DNA of 64,000 nt from Myxococcota bacterium (GCA_965223705.1 OZ245015.1:32001-96000), one strand, 5' to 3'. Shown: positions 17,966 through 27,224, counted from the stretch's first letter. Made by a program: numbers and translations. The notes: a model not told the origin generated them from the sequence alone.

Positions 17966-18883
17966 CTAGCGGGCGCCGACTTGTCGGCGGAGCTCTTCGC
18001 CTCCGTGTAGGAACACCACCGCCGACGGTTCGATCGACACGACGACGAGGGTGCCCACGGCATCTCCTTCGCGAAGCTCGACGCTTTCCGGGAAACCCTC
18101 GACTTCGATCCGCGCGGAGCGTCGGGTGGCGTCCGGATGCCAGGCGGTCTTGAGAACAGCGATGTCGGGCGGAGGCGGTATCACCACGGGCGTCTCGACG
18201 GGAGCCGGCCGCGGGGGCGGAGGCGCCGAGACGGCCGGCGGCTTGCCGACGGGCGCTCGGGCCGGATCGGGCACGACCTGATGCGCTGGAACAGCGGCGA
18301 CTTGCGCGGGCTCTTCCCTCGGCGGTTCGGAAGCAGTGGTCCACGCTGTGGGGGGAGGCGTTTCGACCGCCACAGGTTCTCCAAGCGGAGGCTCGGGAGC
18401 GTTCGCTTCCGCGCTCGGAAGCGGAGGCTCGGGAGCGTTCGCTTCCGCGCTCGGAAGCGGCGGCAGTGCGAAGCTCTCGACCGTATCCGGAGTCCCCGGC
18501 GCGACGTCGGGAGCGATCGCGGGTTCCCGGAGATTCGGCGCCGCCGAGACGGCGGGTCTCTCGGGATTCGGCGCCGACGACACGGCGGGTCTCTCGGGTT
18601 CGGCGGGAGCCGGCTGGCTCTCGGCAATCGTCGCGCTCTCGGGCGCGTCCCATCCCCAGTAAGCGCGCAGGCCGCCCCAGGCCACGGCCCAAAACGCCAG
18701 TACCACCAGGGCCCACACCCAAGCGCGTGTGCCCTGTTCTCGCGAGCCCCGCATGCTCGCGGGAATCGTCTCCGGATGTCTCGCGTGGGTCGCGAGCGGC
18801 ACGTCGTCGAGCAGGGGATCTCGCTCGAGCTCCGGTTCTTTTCGGGTCTCGACGCGGTCGAGAGCCTTCAGGATGGTGCTCAA
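17966..18883 (-). CDS. GspB/ExeB-like single-TM proline-rich protein
   Basis: TTG overlaps the exeA stop; N-terminal MSTILKAL..VE (GspB-like), one TM, Pro/Ala linker, C-terminal LREGD......V..I...V beta domain. Confidence 0.75.
   Translation of the reverse strand: MSTILKALDRVETRKEPELERDPLLDDVPLATHARHPETIPASMRGSREQGTRAWVWALVVLAFWAVAWGGLRAYWGWDAPESATIAESQPAPAEPERPAVSSAPNPERPAVSAAPNLREPAIAPDVAPGTPDTVESFALPPLPSAEANAPEPPLPSAEANAPEPPLGEPVAVETPPPTAWTTASEPPREEPAQVAAVPAHQVVPDPARAPVGKPPAVSAPPPPRPAPVETPVVIPPPPDIAVLKTAWHPDATRRSARIEVEGFPESVELREGDAVGTLVVVSIEPSAVVFLHGGEELRRQVGAR
18383..18597. repeat. In-frame tandem repeats within the GspB linker (36 nt x2 and 33 nt x2)
   Basis: 18383-18460 encodes PSAEANAPEPPL x2; 18532-18597 encodes PERPAVS(S/A)APN x2. 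Confidence 0.85.
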
Positions 18884-20742
18884 CCGGCACCTCCTTCCGA
18901 ATCGAGTCGCGGCGCGGGGTAGCCGGCGAGCGCACTGTAGAGCGCCATCTTCGTGACGGGGCCGACGGCGCCATCGACGCGCAGTCCGTTTCGCTCTTGG
19001 AACGCGCGAACCGCGCTGACGGTGGCTGCGTCGTAGTCGCCGTGCGGCTCGCCCCGGTAGAGGCCGAGCCCTTTGAGCGATTGCTGCAGCCACGCGACGG
19101 GCGTCCCGCGAGAGCCGCTGACAAGAACACCCGGGAGCTGCTCGAAATCTCTCCAAACGATGATCGCGTGTCCGTTCCAGCGCCGCGCGAGGCTTTGCCA
19201 CGGCACGTCGCGCGCTTCGCCGTCATCGAGGCCGTAGATCGTCGCCGATCCGCCGCGCAACCCGACCAGGGCTGCACTGCGCATCGCACCGTCGTCGGCT
19301 TCGAGCTCGACGATCGCCGGAAGGTTCAGCACTTCGAGCGTTCGGCGCGTGGATTGCGTCAGCACCAAAGGGAAGAGACCGCGATCGCGGAGCTCGCTTT
19401 GCGCTTGCGAGATCGACAGGCGGCCGGCGCGGCTCGGCGCCTCGCCCCAAGCGCGGAGAAGCCCGTTGACGGCGGCGAGCGTCGTTCGACCCGGCGTCCG
19501 CTCGGCGAGCGCGTCACCGAAATCGATCGGCGTGCGACGCGGCGCCGCCGCTTGCTCCGCCGGCGGAGGCGGCGCACTCACCGCCGGAACCGTGCTTGGC
19601 ACCGAAGCTGCCCCGGCGGCAGAGATCTCCGCGCGAGCGTCCGCCATCGACGGAAGTTCGGGTGTGATGAGGCGCGCCGGGGGTAGCGGCGCCAGAGGAT
19701 CGAGCGGCGCTGCCGCGGGCGCATCCAGCGCCGCGACTTCCGGCGCGTCGGCGGGCGACGCGGCGACGTCGGCTGTCGCGGGCGGGGCCGATTCCGCAGC
19801 CACCGCGCTCGGCGCTGCCCCGGATGCCTGCCAACGGTTGACGCCCACACCGACGGCGATTCCGAATAGCGCGATCGCGAGGGCGGGGACCGCCCAGCGC
19901 CAAAAACCCCACCAGCTCTGACCGGGTGCCGACGGGGCGGGGCCTCGCAGCTCGCGATCGGTTTGCGTGACAAGTCCCAACCCGATGGTCGACGCGCCCG
20001 CCGCGTAGCCGGCGAGAAGCGCTCGGTCGCAAAGCAAGTTGATGACGCGGGGGATCCCGCCAGAGCGGCGGTGGATTTCGCGAAGCGCCAGCTCGCTGAA
20101 AATATCCCGCGGTCCGCCCGCCGCCGTCCGCAGACGGTGCCGGACGTAGTCCCGGGTCTCGGCTGGCGAGAGGGGCGTGAGGCGCCAGCGAACGGTGATG
20201 CGTTGGCGCAGTTGGCGCAGACTCTGCGACTCGAGCATCGCGTCGAGCTCGGGCTGACCGATGAGAATGATCTGGATGAGCTTCGACGTCTCCGTCTCGA
20301 GATTCGACAGCAGGCGCACCTGTTCGAGCGTCTCGGGCGCCAGGTTCTGCGCCTCGTCGATCAACAGCAGCACCCGTCGGCCCTCGGACTTCTTCGCGAG
20401 CAGGAAGTGGTTGAGCGCTTCGTGGATCTCGCGTCGCGAGTCCGTTTCAACTCCGAGCCCGAGCTCGGATGCAATCTCCTGCAGCAACTCGGTGGCCGAG
20501 AGCTGGGGATTGAAGATGAACGCGACTTCGGTGCCGGGCTCGATGCGTTGCAACAGCGCGCGACAGACCGTCGTCTTGCCGGTGCCGACTTCGCCCGTGA
20601 TCGCGATGAAGCCCTCGCCCTGCTCGATTCCGTAGAGCAGGTGGGCGAGCGCTTCCCGATGCGAGTCGGCCAGGAAGAGGTAGCGAGGATCGGGGCCTAA
20701 ACCGAAGGGTTTTTCCCTCAACCCGTAGAACTGGGTGTACAT
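18880..20742 (-). CDS. exeA: ExeA/GspA-family AAA ATPase with C-terminal peptidoglycan-binding domain
   Basis: MY..FYGL.E.PF...PDP, GEVGTGKT, LIDEAQ, GQPEL, GIPR.IN..CDRAL; C-terminal V..FQ..NGL.VDG.VG..T. Confidence 0.93.
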   Translation of the reverse strand: MYTQFYGLREKPFGLGPDPRYLFLADSHREALAHLLYGIEQGEGFIAITGEVGTGKTTVCRALLQRIEPGTEVAFIFNPQLSATELLQEIASELGLGVETDSRREIHEALNHFLLAKKSEGRRVLLLIDEAQNLAPETLEQVRLLSNLETETSKLIQIILIGQPELDAMLESQSLRQLRQRITVRWRLTPLSPAETRDYVRHRLRTAAGGPRDIFSELALREIHRRSGGIPRVINLLCDRALLAGYAAGASTIGLGLVTQTDRELRGPAPSAPGQSWWGFWRWAVPALAIALFGIAVGVGVNRWQASGAAPSAVAAESAPPATADVAASPADAPEVAALDAPAAAPLDPLAPLPPARLITPELPSMADARAEISAAGAASVPSTVPAVSAPPPPAEQAAAPRRTPIDFGDALAERTPGRTTLAAVNGLLRAWGEAPSRAGRLSISQAQSELRDRGLFPLVLTQSTRRTLEVLNLPAIVELEADDGAMRSAALVGLRGGSATIYGLDDGEARDVPWQSLARRWNGHAIIVWRDFEQLPGVLVSGSRGTPVAWLQQSLKGLGLYRGEPHGDYDAATVSAVRAFQERNGLRVDGAVGPVTKMALYSALAGYPAPRLDSEGGAG

Positions 20743-20805
20743 GGGACGGCGCGTGACTCACTCTTCGGGGGTGGTGGACTGGCTACCGATCAAGCTTATC
20801 CAACG

Positions 20806-21699
20806 ATGAACGAATCGCGAATTCAAGCCGAATCCCTCGGGGATCGGATTCTCGGCATCGACTTGGGCGCGAGCCTGATCAAGATCGCGGAGCTTTCCCC
20901 CGAGGGAAGTCTCGCCTATCGGTCGATGGCGAGTGACCGAGCGGATGAGCTGGGCGCCGTAGTGGCGGGCAACCCCGTCGCCGTGTTGGCCGCCACCGGG
21001 GCCGGCGCCGTGCCCTGGCTCGAGCGCTTTGCGCCCACCGGAACGCACGTTCGAGAGTTCGTCGCGTGGAGCGCGGGCGGGCACGATCTCCGTCGGGCGC
21101 AACCACCGCAACCGGAACTCCCGTTTCTCTTGGTCTCGTTGGGTACCGGAACTTCGGTTCTCCGCGTCGGGGGGGAGGGAGGCGGCCGTGTCGAACGCGT
21201 CGGCGGATGCGCTCTCGGAGGTGGAACACTGTACGGGCTCGCGGTCAGCCTACTCGGTTGCCGAGACTTCTCAGCGCTGGTCGCGCTGGCGAATCGCGGC
21301 GACCGAGGCCGCGCGGATCTTCGCGTCGGAGACATCTACGGGGATCGCGGCCCCGACGCGATCGGTCTGCCGGGCGAAGTGACGGCGGCGAACCTCGGCA
21401 AGCTTCACCGCGAAGACCTAGACCGCGATGCCGCTGACGTGGCGCGCGGCATCATGGGGCTGGTCGGTGAAAACGTCGGCCTGCTCGCCGCCCACCTCGC
21501 AACACAACACGGCGCGCGTGAAATCGTTTTCGCGGGATCTCCGCTGGCTGGGAACGAACCACTCGCCGAGATCCTCATCCGCATCGCTACAGCGCTCGGA
21601 CACCGGGCGTGCGTATTGACCCAGGGCGCCTACGCGGGGGCCTTGGGCGCTTTGCTCTCGGTGTTTCCCGAAGCGCGTGCCGCGACCCCGAGCCCTTAG
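20806..21699 (+). CDS. Type II pantothenate kinase (CoaW/Fumble family)
   Basis: GIDLGASLIK, TG.GA, EF.AW..G, LVSLGTGTS, VGG.ALGGGT..GL, GDR...DL.VGDIY, GALGA. Confidence 0.85.
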   Translation: MNESRIQAESLGDRILGIDLGASLIKIAELSPEGSLAYRSMASDRADELGAVVAGNPVAVLAATGAGAVPWLERFAPTGTHVREFVAWSAGGHDLRRAQPPQPELPFLLVSLGTGTSVLRVGGEGGGRVERVGGCALGGGTLYGLAVSLLGCRDFSALVALANRGDRGRADLRVGDIYGDRGPDAIGLPGEVTAANLGKLHREDLDRDAADVARGIMGLVGENVGLLAAHLATQHGAREIVFAGSPLAGNEPLAEILIRIATALGHRACVLTQGAYAGALGALLSVFPEARAATPSP

Positions 21700-21712
21700 G
21701 CTCGGTCCTCGG

Positions 21713-23419
21713 TCAGACTTTCGGGACCGGTTCCGTCGCTTCTTCGTCGGTTCGAGCCACGGTTCTCAGTACGCGCTGCGTCCTTGCGATCGCCGCGCGC
21801 TGCACACGCAACTCTTCGCTCTGCGCGGCCAGCTGGCGCTCGATGCGATCCTTCGCCTCTTCGAGGTCCTTGAGCTTTCGTTCGAGGTGCGCGAGGCGCT
21901 CGTCGGCAAAGAGCTCTTCGGACTGCGCCGCGTTCGCACCGGAAAATGCGGGCGCGGAATCTCCCGGCGAAGCGTCGAACGGCGAGTTCGCAGCGGAGTC
22001 ATCGGCAAACGCCGCGACCGGAGCCGGCGTGTCATCGGGCGCGCCGAACGCCGGAGCGGGCGTGTCATCGGGCGCGCCGAACGCCGGCGCGGGCGTATCG
22101 TCGGGCGCGCCGAACGCCGGCGCGGGCTCGTCTTTTCGCAACAAGGGCGGCGGCGCACCCGCAGAACCCACGACTGCGGGAAGGTCATCGTCGGGATCGC
22201 CACCGAGCGGTATATCGGGTTGCGTTTGACCTTCGTGATCGACGTCGGCGGCGGGCATCGTTCCGTCGACGGCTTCGGAAACTTCCGAGGCGTCGAGCGA
22301 GAACGGCTCGTCGTTCGCAAACGGCGAGTCGGTGTCAAACCCATCGCTCCGTCGCTGACCGCGCAAAATCAAGACAATCAAAAGCAACAAGAGAACGACG
22401 CCAACTCCGCCCAGGATCAGCGGGTGGTCGATCGCTGCGGGGAGAAAGCCCGTAAAGCCCTTGCGTGGTTCCGCGGCCGACGCGGGCTCGCTGCGCCGGT
22501 CGAAGCCCGCCGCGCCCGAGCCATAGGTCGGAGCCGAATCACCCCCGCCGTAGCTCGAAGGCGATTCCCCCGTCGCGTTTTGGGCGAGCTCGATTTCTTC
22601 GCTCGCGCCGTCCGCGAGCGCGGAGCCGGCGTCGGAGTCCGCCGCTTCGAGGATCTCTCGAAAACTCGAAGTCGTGTTGAAGGCGTCGACCGCATCGCTC
22701 GCTTCGGCGAGTGCATCGCTGCTCGCGTCTCCGAGCATGCCGGCGGTATCCGACATCGCATCCGATGCGTCATCCGCGAGCTCGCCCAGGCGATCGGCTC
22801 CCTCGGCCACGCGATCCGCCACGGCGCCTCCGGCCGTAGCTGCGGTTTCACCGAAATCGCGCCCCATGCTGTCGAGTGCGCCGGTACGTCGGTGATCCCG
22901 TAGGGACTCGCGCAAAGCGCTGTCGGTCGGCATGCGGTCGGTGTCCGGTTCGATTTCGACCGGCGGTGACGTGCGGGTGGGTTCGGGCGGCGGCTCGGCG
23001 GCACGCACCGGAGCCGCTTGGGCGACGGCGGACCGCTTCAAGTCGATCACCAAGCGCGCCGGGCCGCTCAGCGACATTTCGGAATAGGAGACCCCCGAAT
23101 CGCGCAATGAAAGAACGGCGATGGTCGAGCCGTCCGGTTGCGGTTCGAGGCTCACGGAGCGCAGATGGCCCGACCCCGACGCCAGAACCCGGCGTTGACT
23201 GCTCGCATCGACCCGGACCCGCAGCTCGGCTTCGTCGGAGCGGCGGATCGAGTGTTCCACCTCACCCGTCGTTTGAAGCACGACGCGCGTGTAGCGGGGA
23301 TGCAGGCCGACGCGGACATCGACGACTTCGCCGGCCCGAGCTGCCCCTGCGATGAGCAGGGCCGCGAAGGCCAGCGAGAAGAACTTCCCCAGGTTTCCGT
23401 TACTGCCGATTCTTCGCAT
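21713..23419 (-). CDS. Signal peptide + AMIN-like domain + single TM + acidic tail and coiled coil (FimV/HubP-like layout)
   Basis: V.DVRVG.H..YTRVV...P.RLVIDL (AMIN-like), TM LILGGVGVVLLLLLIVLIL, low-complexity acidic regions, C-terminal heptads. Confidence 0.7.
   Translation of the reverse strand: MRRIGSNGNLGKFFSLAFAALLIAGAARAGEVVDVRVGLHPRYTRVVLQTTGEVEHSIRRSDEAELRVRVDASSQRRVLASGSGHLRSVSLEPQPDGSTIAVLSLRDSGVSYSEMSLSGPARLVIDLKRSAVAQAAPVRAAEPPPEPTRTSPPVEIEPDTDRMPTDSALRESLRDHRRTGALDSMGRDFGETAATAGGAVADRVAEGADRLGELADDASDAMSDTAGMLGDASSDALAEASDAVDAFNTTSSFREILEAADSDAGSALADGASEEIELAQNATGESPSSYGGGDSAPTYGSGAAGFDRRSEPASAAEPRKGFTGFLPAAIDHPLILGGVGVVLLLLLIVLILRGQRRSDGFDTDSPFANDEPFSLDASEVSEAVDGTMPAADVDHEGQTQPDIPLGGDPDDDLPAVVGSAGAPPPLLRKDEPAPAFGAPDDTPAPAFGAPDDTPAPAFGAPDDTPAPVAAFADDSAANSPFDASPGDSAPAFSGANAAQSEELFADERLAHLERKLKDLEEAKDRIERQLAAQSEELRVQRAAIARTQRVLRTVARTDEEATEPVPKV
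22018..22127. repeat. 33-nt in-frame tandem repeat x3.3
   Basis: Encodes PAPAFGAPDDT three times. Confidence 0.9.
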
Positions 23420-23500
23420 GACGACCTCGTCCTAGGCCCAATGGTAAACGACGCGCGGATCCGTGTGCCGGAGCGGAAAGGGTCCGCGCAAAAAATTCGC

Positions 23501-24289
23501 TCAGATTGTTGGGGGGACCGACCGCTCGACGAGCCCCCGCAGGACCTCGATCGCGCGCCGGATGCGAGGACCGTACCACGACACCAGAGTCCCGTCGATG
23601 CAATGAATTCGCCCGTCGCGAGCCGCGGGAATGGGCCAGCTTCGCAGCTCCGCGGCATCCGCCGGTCCGAAGCGGTACGGCTCATCGGGAAGGAGCACGA
23701 CATCCGGCCGAGCGGCGATGATTTGTTCCTCCGTCACGCGCGGATAGCGCCGATCTGGAAGCTCCGCGAAGACGTTCATGCCGCCGCAGACTTCGATGAG
23801 ACTCTGGGCATAGGTGTCATGACCCACAGACATCCAAGGATCTTTCCAAATGGGGCAAAAGACCCTCGGGCCAGGGAAAGTCACTTCAGCTTCGGCTGCT
23901 TCCAGCGCTTCGAATACTGGGTCGACCACCGCGCGGACCGCGGAGTTCGAGGCGCCGAGCTCCGCCATTTCGCCGAGCAACGTCGCTCCTTCGCGCACGG
24001 TCGTCGGGTACGTGACCCAGACATCGAGGCCCTGCTCCCGAAGCTTTGCGACGTCGCTCTTGCGATTTTCCTCTCGGTTGGCGAGGACCAAGTCGGGCCG
24101 TAGTTCCCGAATCGCGTCGAGGTCCGGATTCTTGGTTCCTCCGATTTTCGGGAGCTTCGCGACACCCGCTTCCGGGTAGATGCACCACTCGGTTACCCCG
24201 ACGACGCGCTCGCCGAGACCGAGCGAGAACAGCGCCTCGGTCAGGCTCGGCACCAGGGACACAATGCGCTCCGGGCAACGCGAACTCAC
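23501..24289 (-). CDS. Helical-backbone metal/cobalamin-binding protein (BtuF-like)
   Basis: RIVSLVPSLTE.L..LG, VGVT.WC..P, GGTKNP, PDLV.AN.EEN, EPY.F, WYG.R; start could be 24289 or 24295. Confidence 0.85.
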   Translation of the reverse strand: MSSRCPERIVSLVPSLTEALFSLGLGERVVGVTEWCIYPEAGVAKLPKIGGTKNPDLDAIRELRPDLVLANREENRKSDVAKLREQGLDVWVTYPTTVREGATLLGEMAELGASNSAVRAVVDPVFEALEAAEAEVTFPGPRVFCPIWKDPWMSVGHDTYAQSLIEVCGGMNVFAELPDRRYPRVTEEQIIAARPDVVLLPDEPYRFGPADAAELRSWPIPAARDGRIHCIDGTLVSWYGPRIRRAIEVLRGLVERSVPPTI

Positions 24290-24307
24290 GCGCACCTCCG
24301 ATAGGCC

Positions 24308-25195
24308 TCACGCGCGTGGGGCATGGAACCCGACGCTCAAAACGCCTGTCTCGACGCGAACATCGCTCACGGAAGCACCGGCGAGTGCCCCCGGTAATGC
24401 GATGCGGCGTTCGATATCACACACACGGACCAGTAAATCGCGATCTTCCAAAAAGATCGAGATGTCGTCTTCGGGAACTTCGGATACGGCGAGCTCAAAT
24501 CGGAAGCCGCCGTCGCGCTGTACGAACCGGGCAGGGTTTCCGGCGGCCAGAACGCCCTCGGCGTCGAGCTCGCCATAGACCTCTCGCGCCAGCTCGCGCA
24601 GCGCGGGCTGGCCTCGAAGCTCCCGATGCCGGAGAGTCGCCGTGAGAAGTGGCGTCGCGCCCAGCGCGCGAAGGGCGTCGAGTTCGCGCCGCTGGTGCTC
24701 CGCCCAGGACGCGAAATAGCCGTCGCAAGCGGACGCCGGCAAGACGCGGTTCGCGATGACCGCGTCGACGTGCCCGCCGAACAGCTGCAGCTGGGCGAGC
24801 GCGCGACGCGTGCGGTGGGTCGCACTCCTCGTCGGACGCGTCACCCAGCGAATGCTGGTTCGCTCTTCGGTGATCGTCCGCAGGAAACCCACGGTGGTGG
24901 CAATCGACGGACTGTCGACGACGCATACGTCGGCTTCTTCGGAGAGAGCTGTGCGTCGGAGCGCACCGAGCATCGGCGATGGGTCGTGCGACGCGAGTTC
25001 TCGTGCCGCGACTCCGGGAAAAACGGTCACGCGCGTCGCCCCGACACCCCGACCGAGAGCGCGCGCGGCGCCGCCCGCCGGATCGCCGCCGACCAGCGCC
25101 ACGCGGAGCCCCCGAAGTGCACACGCGATCGCTGTTGCGACGGCAAGGCTGGTCTTGCCCGTGCCTCGATCCCCGGTCAGCAAGATGACACGCAT
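24308..25195 (-). CDS. Degenerate ArsA/Get3d-like ATPase with C-terminal alpha-crystallin-like domain
   Basis: MRVILLTGDRGTGKTS.A.ATA, DPA, VVD, V..NRVLP, YF..W...Q; C-terminal L.V.V....R.I.LP..L beta sandwich. Confidence 0.8.
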   Translation of the reverse strand: MRVILLTGDRGTGKTSLAVATAIACALRGLRVALVGGDPAGGAARALGRGVGATRVTVFPGVAARELASHDPSPMLGALRRTALSEEADVCVVDSPSIATTVGFLRTITEERTSIRWVTRPTRSATHRTRRALAQLQLFGGHVDAVIANRVLPASACDGYFASWAEHQRRELDALRALGATPLLTATLRHRELRGQPALRELAREVYGELDAEGVLAAGNPARFVQRDGGFRFELAVSEVPEDDISIFLEDRDLLVRVCDIERRIALPGALAGASVSDVRVETGVLSVGFHAPRA

Positions 25196-25208
25196 GGGGG
25201 CGGAGGGG

Positions 25209-26201
25209 TCAACTCGCGAGGGCTGCGAGGTTGTCCTCGAAGCGCGGTACCAAACGGGGCGTCGCGGAAGAGACGGCGGACGGCGCCTCCCGGCCGAAGA
25301 GGCCATCGGCATGGCGGCCGAGACGCTCGAGCCCTCGCACTTCGTCTTCTTGCAGGACGCCGTGCAGGACGGGCATGGCAGCGAAGCACTCGGCGAGGCG
25401 CGCTTCACAGTCGCGCTGAACGGCCCACCATTCGCGGAAGAACGGCTCTCGAGCGGCAACGGGTGGTAGCAGCCGGTTGATGACGACACCGTCGCAGCGA
25501 ATGCCGAAGCCTTGCAGATCGGCATACACGCGTTGCGCCTCATCGACCGCTGCACTTTCCGGCGTCACCACGAGACGCATCGTCGTTCGAGCATCTGAAA
25601 ACAGCGCCTGGAGCGACTGGAAGCTTCGCCGAAAGAGTGCGTCGACCTCGTGGAGAGGACGCCGATCACAGGCCGGCCGATGCTCGATCTCGCTCCGGAA
25701 CCCCGCGGCCGCAGCGGCGACTACACGGCCCGCGCGGATGAACGCACTGCGCGTGGCGCGCGCGGCGCGCGGGGACATGAGCCAGTGCAACAATGCGCGG
25801 CTCGGAGCGCAATCGACCACAACGATGTCGTACTGACCCGACCTTGCCCGCTCGTCGGCCACCAACAGCGTGGTCAGTTCTCGAGCCCCCGGTAGCCACG
25901 CGAGCTCTCTCGCAAATACGTCCTCGGCACCGCGATCGCGAAAGGCCTCGAAAAATCTGCGAGCCGTTGTCGACGGCCGATCCACTCCGGTGGATCGATC
26001 GACCTCGATGGCGTCGAGGCGCGTTGCCACCCGTGTCGCGCGACGTGACAAGCGCCGCTGCAGAATGGTGTGAAGACCATGTGGCGACGCGCCCGAAACG
26101 ACGAGCACGCGCTCTCCGCGCCGAGCGGCCCAAAGTGCCGTAGCCGCCGCCGTTGTGGTCTTGCCGACGCCGGCGGGGCCTGTGTAGAGCACCACGCGCA
26201 T
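25209..26201 (-). CDS. Degenerate ArsA/Get3-like ATPase
   Basis: MRVVLYTGPAGVGKTT.AAATA, LPG..EL, YD.VVVDCAP, RLV.TPE...V.EA.R, V.NR.LP; GGAGG-like RBS. Confidence 0.85.
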   Translation of the reverse strand: MRVVLYTGPAGVGKTTTAAATALWAARRGERVLVVSGASPHGLHTILQRRLSRRATRVATRLDAIEVDRSTGVDRPSTTARRFFEAFRDRGAEDVFARELAWLPGARELTTLLVADERARSGQYDIVVVDCAPSRALLHWLMSPRAARATRSAFIRAGRVVAAAAAGFRSEIEHRPACDRRPLHEVDALFRRSFQSLQALFSDARTTMRLVVTPESAAVDEAQRVYADLQGFGIRCDGVVINRLLPPVAAREPFFREWWAVQRDCEARLAECFAAMPVLHGVLQEDEVRGLERLGRHADGLFGREAPSAVSSATPRLVPRFEDNLAALAS

Positions 26202-26234
26202 GTCTCTTCCCTCCCCGAGGTGGTGCGTCCGCAC

Positions 26235-26438
26235 CTACGCGGCGGACACGGCGGGAGGTTCCGCAACAAAACGAACAGGCACCGTGACGCGCCGCACCTC
26301 TCGGTGCCGACAACGCGAGCACTCGCTGAGACGCCAGTGTCGATGCCCGTCGACCACATCGTCTCGCTCGATGTCGGGACAGCCGCAGACCGCGCAGGGG
26401 AGTTCGCAAGGAAATTCGGAAGGGGAAGTCGAAAGCAT
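26235..26438 (-). CDS. Small zinc-ribbon-like protein (67 aa)
   Basis: CAVC...CSRC; strong RBS AGGAGGT; heads the ArsA-like pair. Confidence 0.7.
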   Translation of the reverse strand: MLSTSPSEFPCELPCAVCGCPDIERDDVVDGHRHWRLSECSRCRHREVRRVTVPVRFVAEPPAVSAA

Positions 26439-26450
26439 GGCTCACCTCCT

Positions 26451-26494
26451 GGGTGACACCCAAGAAACCCCAGTCGGGTGACACCTCCGGTCAC
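26451..26494. promoter_or_regulatory. Candidate operator array upstream of the Zn-ribbon/ArsA operon
   Basis: GGGTGACACC at 26451 and 26476; palindrome GTGAC-N7-GTCAC at 26478-26494. Confidence 0.4.
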
Positions 26495-26530
26495 GCCCGC
26501 AAAAAAAAGAACGCCGTTTCGAAGCGAGGA

Positions 26531-27088
26531 TCAGGACAGAGGAAGATCGCCGCGCCCGAACAGGGCCTCGAGCTCGAGACCACGCGCGGCGAACGCCTCA
26601 CGCGCTCCCTCACCCCGATCGACCAGGCAGAGCACCCGAGCCACCTTGCCCCCGGCCTCCTCGACGCGCGCCACGGCGTCGAGCGTCGAGCCGCCAGTGG
26701 TCGTGGTGTCCTCGACGAGAGCCACCTGCTGCCCCGGCTCGAAGCCCCCCTCGATGACGCGGCCGAGGCCGTGGGATTTCGCTTCTTTGCGAACGAAGAA
26801 ACCTACGAGTTCCGAGGCCTTAGGCTCCTGCGCGGCAGCGGCCAGCACTGCGGCGACAAACGGCACCGCGCCGACGGCCATCCCGCCGACGGCCGCGACG
26901 GGCGGCCCGGAGAGAAGACGCTCGAGCGTCAAACGCCCCGCCAGCGCGAGCCCTCGCGGCCGCATCAGGGTCTGGCGCAGATCGAGGTAGAAATCACTTT
27001 CGCGGCCACTCGCGAGAACCACTTTGCGGCGCTCGAACGACACGTCGAGGATGAGTTGGAGCAGCTCTGCGCGGTCCGTCTCGGCCAT
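26531..27088 (-). CDS. pyrE: Orotate phosphoribosyltransferase
   Basis: LASG..S.FY.D, VRKEAK.HG, PRPP-binding VEDTTTTGGS. Confidence 0.95.
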   Translation of the reverse strand: MAETDRAELLQLILDVSFERRKVVLASGRESDFYLDLRQTLMRPRGLALAGRLTLERLLSGPPVAAVGGMAVGAVPFVAAVLAAAAQEPKASELVGFFVRKEAKSHGLGRVIEGGFEPGQQVALVEDTTTTGGSTLDAVARVEEAGGKVARVLCLVDRGEGAREAFAARGLELEALFGRGDLPLS

Positions 27089-27224
27089 GAGGCGATCTCC
27101 CCCTTGGGGCAATGGGTTCGGCCCTACAAACGCCTTTGCGCGAGGCCTCGAAGACCGCAATTATCTAGCGCCCTTCGAGCGCAGGCCACACCCACGGACG
27201 GCCGCGAGAACAAGAGGAAAGCGC

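Noticed and set aside
24308..26201. ArsA-like genes as an arsenic resistance locus
   Set aside because: No arsB, acr3, arsC, arsD or arsR nearby. The single-domain architecture with a crystallin-like tail fits Get3d-like proteins.
26496..26510. A8 run as an intrinsic terminator for pyrE
   Set aside because: It gives a U-tract on the minus strand, but I could not find a convincing stem directly before it.
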